Shown: positions 1 through 14,592 of the stretch, one piece after another
Position numbering within the stretch: position 1 is the stretch's first letter
Layout: every line of letters starts with the position of its first letter
From: Podarcis gaigeae
Taxonomy: Eukaryota
Strand: one strand, 5' to 3'
DNA: 64,000 nt
NCBI GenBank assembly: GCA_964106915.2
Contig: OZ066928.1
The notes under the pieces: generated by a model
Told to the model about the DNA's origin: nothing
Database searches by the model: none
What the model saw: the letters and a program-made list of their open reading frames with translations, nothing else
Program-made: the position numbers and the translations under genes

Positions 1-2544
1 TGAAACTCACAGACCACAGTTTCGGAGCCCCTGGTATAGCACTTAACATTAGTATACTGGTTATAAAGAAGTATGTAAGAACAGAACTGCAGGTCATAAT
101 TTTAGAAATGGCAGTAAAACAAAATGCAAAATAACACAATAAAACAAAAGGTTGAGGATTCAACCCAGGAAGGACAGAGAATGGGAAGAGCCCAAGCCTG
201 AAAATAAAATAAAATAAAACAAAATCACACAATTAACAATCCAGTATTGAAGAAACTCAGGAGCAGTGGGGGGATAGGTTTTCAAAATTAATTCATATAT
301 TGTGCACATGAATTGTACTAAGCCTTTTGGGATCAATCAAGAAATACATTTAAAAATAACAATAAAAAGGGGTGGTGATTTCTCACGGCAATGTAGGAGT
401 GACAATTTAAGCTTTCCACATGTCAGGATTGCTTTTTTTAAGCGGATGTAGTTTTCCCTTCCCCTGTCCATTTAGCATCAGCTGTTGGGTGTCCCTGTGT
501 TTCATTTCTCCAGGACGGAGAAACATCAGACTCTTGAGTAAACAAGGATGATTCCATTTGCATTTGTGACTGCTGCCTCTGAGAGAAACCTTAAGTTCAG
601 ATTTCTCCTGTCAACACATGGAAAATGTGACTCTGCAGGTGCACCTGTCAGATTTGGTTAATTTGTGACATGCAGCTTCAATATGTTGCACTGTGGGCAG
701 AATACTGAACTCCTAAGCCATGTATTCAGTTAAGCACAAACCCTAAATTGAACCTGCTTGTTTGTCTGACTTGTTTGAATGCAAGTTCTTTCCTTAATTA
801 TGCCAGGTGGTTAATGCACCCAGGTATTGTATGCACAGAACTATGTACTATTGGATTGTGGATGAAAGTAAGTTTGCTTTCAATCTCTTTCTGTTTGGAG
901 CTCGGTAGAGGAAATAGCATCATCCCAGAGATGCAGTATATAAAATCTGGTACGTGTGGCAGGGGCTTTATACAAGTATGAGGAACCTGTGCTCTTTTCT
1001 GCTGTCTGAGTATGTGAATTAGCTGGGCATATTAGTAGTTGGAAGGGAGGGCAAAAAGAGTGAGAAAAGAATCAAACAATTTATAGATGCTGTTTTGTTT
1101 AGGCTCACTCTGATGTCCACAGGAGACCAGATGAGTTACTATTTGCAAGCCTCCCGTATAAATGCATGGGAACATTGTTTGCCCTGGTTTTAAATAAAAT
1201 TAAATGCAGGTTTTTCTTTTTGTTTCTCTTCTGGAGGAGTGGTATGTGTCTATATGTGTGGGTGGGTGTTTGAAAAGAAAGTACAGGATCCCAAGAAAAA
1301 ACAGCAAGCCACCATGCTCATTCTGAACTCCTGCACTGCCCACCTTCCTTTAGCCAACAAATACAGAGGGCGAATGGATTTTCCTCCCAGTTGATTATCC
1401 TGCAGATGTTATTGTATATTTAAAAACCTCAAAGAAGTGAGGTCACTTTCCCTAAATAACAGAAGATGTAGATCTATAAATAAAGGTTGCCAGACATTGG
1501 TCTTCTGAGAACATAATAGTTATTTTGGCCTCTGCTAGAGTCTGAGGCACACCCAGATTTGCGTTATTGCAAAAAACCAAAAAACCCTTTCCCCATAAAG
1601 TAAGTAGCCATTTACACTGTGCCGACATATCTGCAGAGAATTCTGAGCAGCATGGATTTTAACTTTTTTTAAAAAAAAACTGAAGAACATTTGGAGCTTC
1701 TAGACTGAGGTAACTCAAGGAGCCATGTTAAACATTAGCTGTTTCCAAGCCATTCTGCAAGCTTCCAGGTAATTTTGGCCAGCTAGTTATCAGCAGGTGT
1801 TCTCTGCTCTGATGTATTTTTCCTTTTTTATATTTTTGGAAGAGGGTATGTATAAATGGGAAGTTTAACCCCCAACAAAGTGATCCCTGAATTGAAAAGG
1901 TGGGTCCTAAGGACTTTGCATTAGATTCACCAGGAAGCTGAATGGCCAAAACATCCCAGAAGAGCCATCTTGGATAGACTGTAGTCCTGCATGCTTTTCC
2001 CAGCTGTGGTCAACCAGAGATGACTTTGGAAAGCTGCAAGCAAGGCATATCCTCCTCTTCTGTCTGTGTCCTCAGCATCTGGCAATCAGAGGCACCCTGA
2101 TTTTGTTCCTGAGTGTTAGAGGATGGGGGGATTAAAAACTGGAACTTACATCCAGATCCCAAGCAGAGACAAAATGATGAGTAGAGAGTGAAATCTTCTG
2201 TTCTTTTTCTTGGAAAAAAATCTGGAATAAAATCCAGCAGTGCAGTAGTAATCCTCACTATTCAGACTGATAATTTATGTTTAGTGCTCTCTTCTGGAGG
2301 CTGAGTCTCTTAACCATGCTGAGACACTTCTTGGAATTCACTGCTTTCCTTCTGGGAGATACCCAGGAGAAGAAAACCAGGTTCAAAACAAACAGTAGCT
2401 TTAAAAGGGGCTAGTGGATCATTTTATAAACAATTTCAGGAAAAGGAACTGGAAATGTTTCAGACCGTTTCCTCTTAGAATAGGCTACTCTGAATACTTG
2501 GTGGTGGTGGGAAATCCAATGAGAAAGTTCCACGCATGCATGTA

Positions 2545-2620
2545 GAGTCATAGAATTGTAGAGCTGGAAGGGACACCGAGGGTCATCTAGTCCAACCCCC
2601 CCTGGAACGCAGGAATCCTG
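2545..2620 (-). mobile_element. CR1-type 3' tail fragment (LINE end or truncated tRNA-CR1 SINE)
   Basis: Reverse complement reads attcctgcgttccaggggggg ttggactagatgaccctcggtgtcccttccagctctacaattctatgact, the same tail as 13138-13210. Confidence 0.7.
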
Positions 2621-4856
2621 CCCATCATATATTCAGAAACTGATGCATACATTCTGTGTTAGCCTCTGCTTCCAAAGAAGTCAGCTTCTTATTATTAAAG
2701 TTGAGGCTGCAATAATGGTTAAGGAAATAAGAACTTGTTTATACCATTTGTCCATTGAGTTTAGTGTTGTCTGCTCTGACTGGCAGCTTCTCTCCAGAGT
2801 TTTGGGCAGAGGGATCTTTTCACATCTACTGCCGCCTGATCCTTTTCTAACCTGAAGATGCCAAGGGTCGGACCTGTGCTCAAGCCCTGAACTACTGTCT
2901 TTACCCATGTGCCACAGGTGGGATGTGTCTCAGTGGAAGCCTGGCCACAGGGATAAAAAACCTGTTCATTTTTATCACCTGCTTCTCAGAGACGACCAAT
3001 GAGGTGGTGATCTTCTTTGTACCCTGCCAGTTTAGACTGAGGGTGAAGGCTGGCTCCCATATTTTGGGAGAGGGGAATTTCTAGATGTCAAAAAGTAGCA
3101 TGTCAGGAGTAGGATAGATTTAGCACCCTAATAGCTCTCGTGCAGTATATATATTTGCTCCAGAGTGAAGCAATCCAGACCAAACAGAGGTTTTCCACTT
3201 CATATTATGTTTATGAGAACTGGGCTTTTGTTTTACTGTTTCTGATTTCCTAGTCCCAGCTGCTTTCCTTCTCCCTGATCATTCACTTGATTGATGGAAC
3301 TGTCTAAACTTGTCAATTTCACTCTTAAGGTTAAAAAAATAATAATTACTGGATGTATTGAAAAGCAGGAAATGCCCCCTTTCAAACATGTTATGTGGGA
3401 ACTGCATTTGGTCAACTTTTGCAATATAAACTTCTTCCTGCATCAGATGCAGACATCGTTTGTCCTACAAAGGTAAGGGAGATGTGATTTCTGATATGGT
3501 TTCACTGTTGTGACTGGATATAAGAATGGAAGGAAACAGCCTCCAAATGTATACTGTAGTGCTCCAAAGGTCATTCTATGCCAGCTCACTCTGGAAGAGT
3601 CAACTGTTTATTTTTCTACCTTGTTTTTCTTTGCTTGGGAGATCTTACTTTGGAAAGAGAGAGAGAGGCACACACACACACACACACACACACTTCTGCA
3701 AGCAAGTGGTGGGTACCTGCTCAGGCAGGTAGCCTCTTGTCTGCCTTTAGAAAAGTAAACACTCAAAGCAAGAGCACAAAATCTGCCTTCTGCATAGCCT
3801 GTTACAGAAAGAGTCTGTTAATGCATTTCCCAACTCCCTCCTTTGTTGCACAGTTGCCCTCCTGTGGCAACTGTCCTGACTCATCCAAAGGCATAGCTAC
3901 TGCCCATGGTTCTCTTGCTCAAGATGATTATAGTAATTTGCTTTCTGCTTAGCAACTTAACGAGGCTTTCTGCCATCAGGTCAATTTCCTTCTTCAAACC
4001 CTTATTGAGATGTGTTGACTGTGTGTGACTCAGATGTTTTCCAATTTGGTGCTTTGGTGGGGAGAACCAACAAGTTTGGGGGCTTTAATCCCACCTGTGA
4101 TTTCAGCTAGAATGTCCCCTCTTTCAGTTATGGTTGGGAGATATTATTTCATTCTGTTTGGTGCCATGGTTGGCACTGCTCCTGTCCCAGCTCTTGCAAT
4201 GTAATCTTGAGATGTGTGTGCCAACGACCAGTGGAAATGAGGGGTGCTATTCAATGTCTTCCCACTGTAGGCATGCTTTGCAAAAGCCTTTGCCTACTCT
4301 GTGGCTTCCAGACATTTTGGACTACAACTCCCTGCGCTGGCTGGGGCAGGTGAGAGTTGTAATCCAAAACGTGAAGTCTGCCCGGTTGGTGAAGTCTTCT
4401 GCACAGTATTTCACTCCTTTGTTTATATATGTCCTGCCTTTTTTCCTCCAAGGAGCTCAAGGTGGTGAACAAGGTTCTCCCCTTCCCCACGAAAACCCTG
4501 TGAGGTAGGTTAATGAAGACATAAGATGAAAAGAGTGCATGGGAAGAGCATGCCTAGCCCCATGTGATAAAATATTGGCCCTGACAAGTCTGGGTTGAAA
4601 TCACCACTCAGGTATTCCATGGGAAGCTGTCTTGTAATGGGTCATCTATTTGCTCATGTAATCCAGCATTGTGTACTCTGACTGGCAGTGGCTTCCCAGT
4701 GGAGGGCCTTCCCATCACCTCCCACCTGGCTTTTCTTTGTTTCAAAGTGTGGATGTGAGAGACTGTGAGGATGCCTTCAGACCATGCATGCACTCCACCA
4801 CTGAGCTAAACCCTTTGTATATCTGGATCCCTACTATTTCCCCAATCAACATCTGT

Positions 4857-5049
4857 GGAAAAGGCCAAAGTTCAGTGGTAGAGCATTGGTTTTGCGTGTG
4901 GAAGGACCCTGGTTCAGTCCCCAGCATCTCCAGGGTGGGCGGAGACCTCCTGTCTGAAACCCTGGAGAGCCTCTGCCAGTCAGTATAGACCATTTTGGGC
5001 TAGGTGGACCAGTGGTGTGACTTGAACAAGGCAGCTTCCTGTGTTCTTA
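4857..5049 (+). mobile_element. tRNA-Ala(TGC)-like-headed SINE (squamate family; other copies near 20808, 25736, 41020, 42575, 44333, 56140)
   Basis: Head agttcagtggtagagcattggttttgcgtgtggaaggaccctggttcagtccccagcatctcca resembles tRNA-Ala with A and B boxes. The body ctgaaaccctggagagc...gccagtcagt...ggcagcttcct recurs at several loci in the window. Confidence 0.7.
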
Positions 5050-8000
5050 CCTTCCTCAGTTGCTTTTAACAGAATCTTAGTGGTTGACGTGGAGTCAGTC
5101 TCTGAAGACTTCCTGATCAGAATAGTCGTGTCCCAAACAGCTTAGACTTTAAATGTGGATGATTCCTAGATGAATCACAGAATCATAGAATTGTAGATGC
5201 TCTGTCACTTGGTCCCATGTCCTTAGCAGGTTTCTTTAAGAGGCGACTTCATGCCAATTAAGGATGAGGAGTATAGTAACAGAGCAACCTTTTGCATGCA
5301 AATATCCCAATTATGTGACCTGTCCTTTTGTCTCTTCTCTGTTGTCACCCTGCTGCTGTGGGTGTCTTCTGTAGCAGTCTCTGAAGCAAAAGAGAGGAGC
5401 TACTGGCACCACTTAAAAACAAGAAGTGTGTGCATTCTCCTTGCTTTTACTGCCACAGAGAGATGCAGAATTGTAGGCTAAAAGCATAATCTGAGCACAA
5501 TGCAGACAAATGTCTCTCTTGGAGCCTCTAATAAGCTTCTACCCATTCATTTCCTGATGCTGACAAGCTGAACAAAGAAGGAGGCATGTTTTAAATTTAG
5601 CTCTGAGTCACTGGCTTTCCTGCATCTCAGAACTCTGGGTAAGTGTATAGGCAGATTCCCTGTAATGAAAGCCAAATATACATCTGTTGCAGGTTTGCTG
5701 GACAGTCTCTCCTCATAAGCATTTTGCTTCTGTATTACTGTTGGGCAGTTGGGGGAGAAGGGATCTGTCAGGATGAAGGTGGGCATTGGCTTCAGTGAGA
5801 TTTGCACAGTCTAAATTGCATCCCAGGTTGGCAGCCATAATTACTTCTGTGGCCCACTCTGAGCAGCTTGTCGGGTGCAGACGTCCTCTTTGCATGATCA
5901 TCGGTTCCTGGGTCACTGCGAGGGAAAGCCTGCTCCCTGCAGCTCCCCAGCCCATGAGAAAGTGGCTGTGGGAATAAGCATCCTTCTTATGATGTTCTTT
6001 GGCATCTTTGGCCCACTTTTGAGAAATGATTAAAAACTTCCTTTTTCTTCTTCATGTTCTGCATGGTTTCTTTGATCTTTTCCCTACTCAGAGGTTAATT
6101 ATTGCACTTCTAATGCGCTTCGTTGCTTTCTTTTAGCTTTATCCTCCTTTGTGCCTGCAGCCAGAGATCTGTTCATTCTGTTTTTGCAAAGCTCGTAGCA
6201 TATGCTGGGTACTTTATGAAGGCACCAATTGCTGTATGCAGAATTCAGTTTTCTGCACACTGGTTAGAGCTGGAGTGTCATGGGTCTCTTATCTCCCTTA
6301 GCAATAGCTAGGGATGTTAAGAAGGCAGTGGGGTTTTTTTATTCCACACTCTATTGCATGCAACACTGTTTCTTTTCTGCTGCTTTTCATCTTCCACCAA
6401 ATATTGCATTATTGGTCTCGCTGTCTGCTGCGGCAGAGTTACATAACTTGCTAAAGTCATTACATGCATTTTGATCTTGTTATGTTATTCCACTTTGTTT
6501 GTTTCATTGCAAAGGAAACACCATGAAAATGGGGTGGGGAGGAATGTAATCAGTTATTTATCATTTGCAGGCTGAAAGGATCCACAACCATGAATACCGC
6601 TTGTATTAATTGATTTCCGTTCTGGACATGGGATGAATAACTGAACACTGGCAGTTTCCACTTGTGTTTTTGCTTTCATTCGAATTCTCTGATATCCCTA
6701 GCAATATTGTGCAAGATTTTTCAGGAAGGCAAGGAGGCAAGCCAGAGTGGTTCCTCTATGTTTGCCCAGCTAAGTTTGCCCTGTTGTGCTCCAGAACGTG
6801 AAATGTCTGTGAAAATCTTCTTTCAGTTCTCTCTGCTCAGGGTGTGGCTGGGGAAATGATGAGGGAAATGGAAGCTGGCACCTTCCTAGGAACCCTGATG
6901 TCATTTCCTGTGCTTCAGGGCCTCTTCTGTTGCCTGTGGAGGCGCTTCTAAAGGTTTTCTGTGCTGTTTCAACATGCTGATGTGTACCCGCAGTTCCTTT
7001 TTCTTCCACTGCATGATTGCAATGGGCCTGACCACACAGCTTTTTAAAAGCAGGTGTTCCTCAACATGGGAATATTATGAAGGGTGCTGATGAAGCCTTG
7101 CTCACCAGGTAATAAAACACTCCATTCCTCTAAGCCCCCTAGGTGATGCTTGACTCCCAACAATTCTGAATAATTATTTTTATTCTGGAAAAGCCAAACA
7201 GGCATTGGGGAGTAATGTGCGTTGCTAAAGGGGGTTCTTGCAATCTAAGAGGCTCCCACATTTCTCTTAAGCTTATATTTCATTTCAAAAAAGTTTCCTA
7301 GTTTAAAGCTGGAATGTTCAAACCTAACATTCACAACTCTGGATTATTTGAAAACTGGTGGGGTTTTTTTGCAAAAGACACCCCCCCACACCCAGCTCCT
7401 CTCTCAGGGCTGAACGGTGCATAATGCAAAAGAGCCATGGTTTTGATTTCCTTACATGCCTTGATCTTTCTCAAAACAAGAAACAAGAATTATTTCTGGA
7501 TTCTTATGCTTTAATTCAGCCTCAAAGAAAAGCAGCACTGGTTTATGAACCTTGGTTTGCTTTGAGCCTAGTTAGGTATTGGGTGTGTGAACCTGGCATC
7601 CTTCCTTGACCATGGTTTTTTTGGCCACCCTGTCCGGAAGCTCTCTAAGCTATAAAAGCACAAAGCAAGAGCTTCTGAAAAGCAAACGCAGCTTTGCAGA
7701 AACAAACCATGGCTTGTTAGATCATCTGTGGGGCAACTCGTGGTTAATTTGAGGTTTGGCCTGACCAAATGCGTGACTAAAAGTTATGTGTGAACAAGGC
7801 CCTTTGTGTCTATTTGGCCCTTTGTGGCCATAAAATGACAGTTGCATGCGCATGTTGCACTGTGAGGAGACTGATATGGGCTTTGAAAGCTCTCTCTTAG
7901 CTTATCTGGTATGCATGTTGCTTGTCTCTTTCACAAGCCACCTGAGTCCCTGCCTTTCAGGTTGTAAGGGTGGAATTAGTCCCTCAAGGCTATTTAACCA

Positions 8001-8387
8001 GCCTACCATATGTTTGCTTTTTCACTGAAGGGACTAGGCCTGATGCAAAGTGGCAAGAAAAATGCAAAAGCCAGTAGTCCAAAACTCCCATCATGAAAGA
8101 GCGTCTTAGGTGTTGAGATGACATCACAACGTTTTAAATGTACAGTTCCTTGCCACCTCTGCCTTTCTGATGGGGCTGGAGCCAAGTACAGGGGGAGCCA
8201 AGTACAGCCAAATTAACAGTGTCCAGGCATATAAAACAGAGAAGCTCAACTGATTTGATCCCCTGTATTGCAGAAGTTGGACCCTTTGGCTCTCTTCCAA
8301 GTCTGCAATTCTGTGAGTCTGTGATGTGACCAGCAGATTCCTTCTCCTTTGCAGCCAAAGGCCTGATAACAGAATTCCTTCTTGATA

Positions 8388-8617
8388 CAGTGGTACCTCA
8401 GGTTACATACGCTTCAGGTTACATACGCTTCAGGCTACAGACTCCGCTAACCCAGAAATAGTGCTTCAGGTTAAGAACTTTGCTTCAGGATGAGAACAGA
8501 AATTGTGCGGCGGCAGAAGGAGGCCCCATTAGCTAAAGTGGTGCTTCAGGTTAAGAACAGTTTCAGGTTAAGTACAGACTCCGGAATGAATTAAGTACTT
8601 AACCTGAGGTACCACTG
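8388..8617. mobile_element. Tc1/mariner-superfamily (Tigger/pogo-like) MITE
   Basis: Perfect 18-nt TIRs cagtggtacctcaggtta (8388-8405) and taacctgaggtaccactg (8600-8617), flanked by TA on both sides. Confidence 0.9.
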
Positions 8618-10961
8618 TACTTAGTCCCATGGGGCTCCTTCTACAAAGAAGGCCTGGGATGGCATTAGCCTTCTCCAGTTTCTCCTTCTCCAGCTGTAGA
8701 CCCCTACCATATCACCTGCTGTTCTCAGGATCCTCCCACCCCAATAATGGCATTGGGGGGGGGGGTGATCTGCAGTAGGAAAGGAGACAGGAACTCCCCA
8801 ATGCAATCTTTGTAATGCAGTCTCTGCAAAAATCTTGGATCCAAGCCCTTATATTTAAAACACACAGACACACTTAGAACCTTGGCAAGTGTTTACCTCT
8901 CTGGAGAATTATCTACTAGTAGCTAAATTTCTAGGTCATGGCTAAGGAAGGCCAGTCAGGAGAGTGACTCACTGGCTCAAGGAGGACTCTTTCTTCCCTC
9001 CTGAGAAAAAAAACAGCAGGGAAACATTTTGGCTAAATCTCTCCTTGGTCAGGACTACTGTACTCTTTTAGCAATGTGAAATCTTTCCTTAGTAAAGCTG
9101 CATGCCATTAGCCCTGGCAGAACAAAGGAGCTGCCTTCCTTTTCTGGGATGGAGAAAAAACCCACAATTTTAATCTGTGAAACAGAAGTTCTGACACATT
9201 GCTTAGAAGTAGTTTATGCCTGAAGATGTACCTTTTTCTTGTACTGAAGTTTTGGAACAATGTGCAGGGAAGCTGTGAATGATCCTTGGTTTGCTCTCTG
9301 CTTGCAGCTGAAAGCTTCTGTTTGATTCACAAATCAAATTTCAGAGAAGCCGCTGCCCCACCCGCTGGGCTGGATCTGTGATCTGTCTGCCCTGGAGCTT
9401 AGAGGCAGGTGAGGAGAGCTACTTGCTGGGAGTTTTGCTGTGTAATGCAAAGTTTCTAGACAGTGGGGAGGGGGCTTTTAAACAGCTCAGGCTTCTGTCA
9501 GCATGCTCTCATTTGCTGGCAGGAAGTGTTGTGACTTGCTGCTTAGAATTACAATTCTAAGAGGAATGCTGGGCTTCCAGAATTAACTTTCTGGGTGTGG
9601 AAGAATGTTCCATATTTTGCTGTGGGGCTAAGTGAAGAAACAGATCTGCTATCCTCTGAAATCTGGTCGGGGCGAGGTAAGGAGACTGAAACAATTTCGG
9701 GGATCCAAAGCGGGAAGTCTTGGCTCAGTGTTGCTGCAGTGTGGCAAAATGAATTCTTGAGGCTAAGCTGACTTGCAAGATTCCCCTCTCTTTTTACATT
9801 TAACTTCCTCTTTACCACTGGTGTGTTAAGCAGTCCTTTTGATAGAAGCGTACAGGAGATGGAATTCAGTGGAGACAAACCTTAAGGTTAGAGTTTTTCT
9901 TGTGAAAAAATAAGAGCAGATTTGAGCAGTGTCTTATGTTTTTGGACAGGCTACGATGGCGGACTAATAGCTCTGTAGTTCTGGTTTGCTTCTCCAAGAA
10001 AGCAATGAGTATAATGAGAGCAATGCTGGTCTGTCATTCTCCACCCCAAGTCATTTTTTTCTAGATATAAGCAAAGGAACTGTGCCCTTAAATATGATTC
10101 CAAAACTCACAGTATGCTATAATAACAGAGCCAATCAAAATAGTGAGATTTTTTTTATTACTTCTCTCAGTGATTCTTCTGCACACACTTCTGCTTTTAG
10201 ATCTGACGGTTGATATTTGTGAAGTAGGAGAAGCGATTTTTTTGTGGGGGGGAGGCTTTTGTGGGGTGGGACACTTCTTTGCAGAGCATTCTAAGTAAAT
10301 ATTTTTTGCTGATTTGATATGTGAAGCTACAATTTAGGTAATGGGAGGTATTTTCTAGGTTGCTCTAGACAGGAGTGTGTTGATGTTTTAAGTCAAGAAT
10401 TAAGTTATCTAGTAATGAGATGCTGCAAGCTCCAGTGTTGAAAACAAACTTTCTTGTTGTCTTCATTTTGACACTTGTAATGTGATACATGGTCCATGAA
10501 GCTATTGCAAAATGGGCTTTGGATTTTTTATGTAAAACTTCATTTGCTCTAGAGTGAGAATTGGGGTTGGGGTGTGTGAGAGAAGCTGAGCAGGATTCTG
10601 GAAGGGGAGTTCCTGCCATCTACAACCCCCCTGGCTCCTTGTTGTGGGGCTGTTTAGGCAGGGCTCTGTGGTTGCAATCCTGCACAGAGAAGAGCACCTA
10701 AAATCCCTTGACTTCAGGGATGCCAAGCACCTATGGGATTTTGCAGCCTGTATACTGCCGGGTTGACCTCTTCTTTGATTAGAGAATCAAAAATACTGCA
10801 ACGATTTCTTAACTTGTCCATTTAGCCTTAGAACAGGCAGCAGTAGGTTAAACTAAACATAAACTGTTCCATTAGAAATGGAATAAATGGGCTGCCCAAC
10901 AGCTCTAGGGACCTCCAGTTGTTTTGGATTGCAACTCCAAACCAGCCCCACCCAGCATTGG

Positions 10962-11123
10962 CAGGAGCATCAGAAGAGCCTGCTGGATCAGACCGATGGC
11001 CCACCTAGCCCAGCATTCTGTTCTTCCAGCGGCCAACCAGATAGTTATGGGAAGCCCACAATCAGGATCCAAGCACAAGAGCACTCTTCCCTCTTGCAGT
11101 TTCCAGGAGCCGGCATTCGGAAG
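10962..11123 (-). mobile_element. Older CR1-type 3' fragment
   Basis: agaagagcctgctggatcag...cccagcattctgttct...gggaagcccac...caagagcact matches a repeat also seen at 23345-23560, 25225-25720 and 53205-53600. Confidence 0.65.
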
Positions 11124-11160
11124 CCGGGTGGGCCATTGGCCTGGTTTTATGTTCTTATCT

Positions 11161-12700
11161 ATAATAATAATAATAAATAAATAAATAAATAATAATTAAT
11201 AATAATTTATTTATACCCCTCCCATCTGGCTGGGTTTCCCACTCTGGGCGACTTCCAACAGAATATTAAAATAGTCTATTAAACACTAAAAGCTTCCCTA
11301 AACATGGCTGCCTTCAGATTTCTTCTGGTAGTTGTTTTTCTCTTTGGCATCTGGTGGGAGGGCGTTCCACAGGGCAGGTGCCACAACCGAGAAGGCCCTC
11401 TGCCTGGTTCCCTGTAACTTGGTTTCTCGCAGGGAGGGAACTGCCAGAAGGCCCTGGGCGCTGGACCTCAGTGTCCAGGCAGAACGATGGGGGTGGAAAC
11501 GCTCCTTCAGGTATACTGGACCGAGGTCATTTAGGGCTTTAAAGGTCAGCACCAACACTTTGAATTGTGCTCGGAAATGTACTGGGAGTCAATGTAGGTC
11601 TTTCAAGACCAATGTTATGTGGTCTCGGCGGCCACTCTTGTCACCAGTCTAGCTGCCTCATTCTGGATTAGTTATAGTTTCCAAGTCACCTTCAAAGGTA
11701 CCCCACATAGAGCGCATTGCAGTAGTCCAAGTGAGAGATAACTAGAGCATGCATCACTCTGGGCAGGTAGGGTCTCATCCTGCCTATCAGATGGAGCTGA
11801 TAAACAGCTGCCAGGACACAGAATTGACCCGCGCCTCCATGGACAGCTGTGAGTCCAGAATGACTCCCAGGGTGTGCACCTGGTCCTTCAGGGGCACAGC
11901 TACCCCATTCAGGACCTCTACACCTGCCCACCTCCTTTCCCCCCAAAACAGTACTTCTGTCTTGTCAGGATTCAACCTCAATCTGTTAGCAGCCATCCAT
12001 CCTCCAACCGCCTCCAGACACTCACACAGGACCTTCACCGCCTTCACTGGTTCTGATTTAAAAGAGAGGTTGAGCTGGGTATCATCTACATATTAATGAA
12101 CACCCAGCCCAAACCCCCTGATCTCTCCCAGCAGCTGCATGTAGATGTTGAAAAGCATGGGGGAGAGGAGGGAACCCTGAGGCACCCCATAAGTGAGAGC
12201 CCAGGGGTCTGAACACTCATCTCCCACTAACACTTTCTGAACATGGCCCAGGAGAAAGGAACTGAACCATTGTATAACAGTGCCCCAGCTCCTAGCCCCT
12301 CTAGACGATCCACAAGGATGTTATGGTTGATGGTATCAAAAGCCGCTGAGAGATCCAGCAGAACTAGGAAACAGCTCTCACCTTTGTCCCTAGTCCACCA
12401 AAGATCATCGACCAGTGCGATCAAGGCAATTTCAGTCCTATGATGAGGCCTGAATCCCGACTGGAAGGGATCCAAATGGTCCGCTTCTTCCAGGCGTGCC
12501 TGGAGTTGTTCAGCAACCACTCGCTCAAACAGCTTGCCCAAGAATGGAAGATTTGAGACTGGGCGATAGTTGGCCATGATAGCCGGGTCTAAGGATGTTT
12601 TTTTAAGAAGCAGTTTAATGACTGCCTCTTTCAGCAGGTCTGGGAAGGCTCCCTCACAGAGGGAAGCATTCACTACCCCAGAAAGCCCATCGCCCAGTCC
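11161..12700 (-). mobile_element. L2-clade LINE, 5'-truncated, decayed reverse transcriptase
   Basis: - strand ORF pieces contain NYRPVSNLPFLGK, QSGFRPHH, LLDLSAAFDT, LRLNPDKTE and RAFSVVAPALWNALP. An (AAT)n tail lies at 11161-11210. Confidence 0.92.
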
Positions 12701-13039
12701 ATCACCCAGTTCTAGGCTACGATTCTCATCATCCCTGGTCATCAGGGCCATAGGATTTCATTGGTGCCTCTAGGCATGTGCCCCACACTCTGAACTTTCT
12801 TTTTCCCCCCAAAGAAAAAGCAAGTCTCTAGCTCTCATAGAACTTTATGAGTCAAAATACGCAGGTACTTCTTGAGTGATTTCTGTGAAATGAGGGTGTG
12901 GTGTAGCCATGTTGTATATTTTTATTGGTACTGAGGAATGCACCCTGTTGCTATATCAGACAGAAGTAGCACCTCCCCCGCGCGTCTCTCTGTGTGAAAT
13001 CAATACCTTGTGATCTCCACAATTGGGACCAGTAGGACA

Positions 13040-13212
13040 TAATGGAACGGTCTCCCTCGGGAGGTGGTGGACTCTCCTTCCTTGCAGGTTTCAAAGCAGA
13101 GGTTGGGCACCCATCTGTCATGGATGCTTGAGCAGAGATTCCTGCATTGCAGGGGGGTGGACTGGATGACTCTTGGGGTCCCTTCCAACTCTACAATTCT
13201 ATTGATTCTATG
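13040..13212 (+). mobile_element. CR1 LINE 3' end (parent of the tail used by the tRNA-headed SINEs)
   Basis: ORF2 C-terminal remnant (gtggtggactctccttccttgcaggtttcaaagcagaggttgg) followed by the 3'UTR and an attcta(t)tgattcta terminal repeat. Confidence 0.85.
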
Positions 13213-14455
13213 ACTTCCCATGGTAAGGTTTGTGGAGGTGACTGTCTCTCTAATTTTGTGTTTTGCTGCACTCCCCACGGCAGCCACTTTGTCCTATGCC
13301 CCCGCACAACAGTTCTTTGGGGACTGGTGCCCCCTGTGTTCTCTCAAAATTCAAAATGTGCCCACTGGTACAAAAAGTTGGAGAACTCCCTACTTATATC
13401 ATGCGATAACCTAAAAAAAAAAAATCTCTTTCCAAGCCAGCTTGATGGGGGGGGGGGGTGTTAGGTGTGGTTCAGATGGCTACTTAGCCAAAATGAGTTT
13501 AGTATTTCACTGCCTCCCACTTAATCTGTCTTGCAAAGCAGGATATGTGAAATTGCAGGGTAAAATGAGAGCCTACTCAAACCTTCAAGTTTTGTAAGTA
13601 ATTTCTTTGTCGTATTATTAACAAGGTTCACTAAAACAATATTAGAAAACATTTTAACAAAAGAGGGTAACTGTTAGCTGTGTTGTTGTTTTCTTCAAAC
13701 AACAAAACACAAACATCTTGGCAGTGACTCCATCTTAATAATAATAATAATAATAATAGTAATGTGGGATTTTCACAAGTTTGCCTACAATGAAATCTCA
13801 ATTCCATTTCACTCACACTCTCTGAAGACAAAAGAAGATTTCAGAATAGCTTGTGAGGCCTGAATTGCAGCTCAGTTCAGATAATGTTAGGCTTGGCCAG
13901 GGAGGGGTCGGCTCATGGCTCTAGTTCCAAACCATTTCAGGACATAAGTAGCAAAGAAAACAGCTGATAGCCTCTGTCTCCCATCCCACATTGAGGACTG
14001 GCACCTTTAATCTGTTGCCAAGTTAATAAATATTTTATATATATATTTAAATTATTCTGATTAGTTTTAGTTCTCCTACTAAATTTTAATGGCCCAGAAA
14101 GCCCCAGCTCCACTGCTTGCTTGCATGCCTGCCTGCCTCTCTCTTTGAAGACTTCTCACGTTCAAGCATTTATTCCATTGTTCCCCAACCTGGTGCTGCT
14201 TTTTGGGACTACAGCTCCTATCGGCCAGCATAGCTCATTGGAGTTGTAGTCCAAAACAGCTGATCTATGGGCAGGGGTGGGGAACCTGAGGCCTGGGAGC
14301 CAAATGTAGTCATTTTGGGCTGGCCTCCTCAAGGCACTCCCCTCACACTTGCTGCCCTGGGGCTTCCTCAAGATGTTGGGTTTTTTGCCTGGCTGGGGTG
14401 CATAATGATCAGTGATAACCACTTTTGCTCGCCTGAGTGGAGAGAGATGTGTGGA

Positions 14456-14493
<38 letters not shown>

Positions 14494-14592
14494 GGGTCTT
14501 TTGCATGCCTGGAATCTGACACTTGGCTCACTTTTGCCCCAGATGAAATGAGGCCCCCAGTCTAAAGAAGCTTCCTCCCCCTTGCTCTAGTC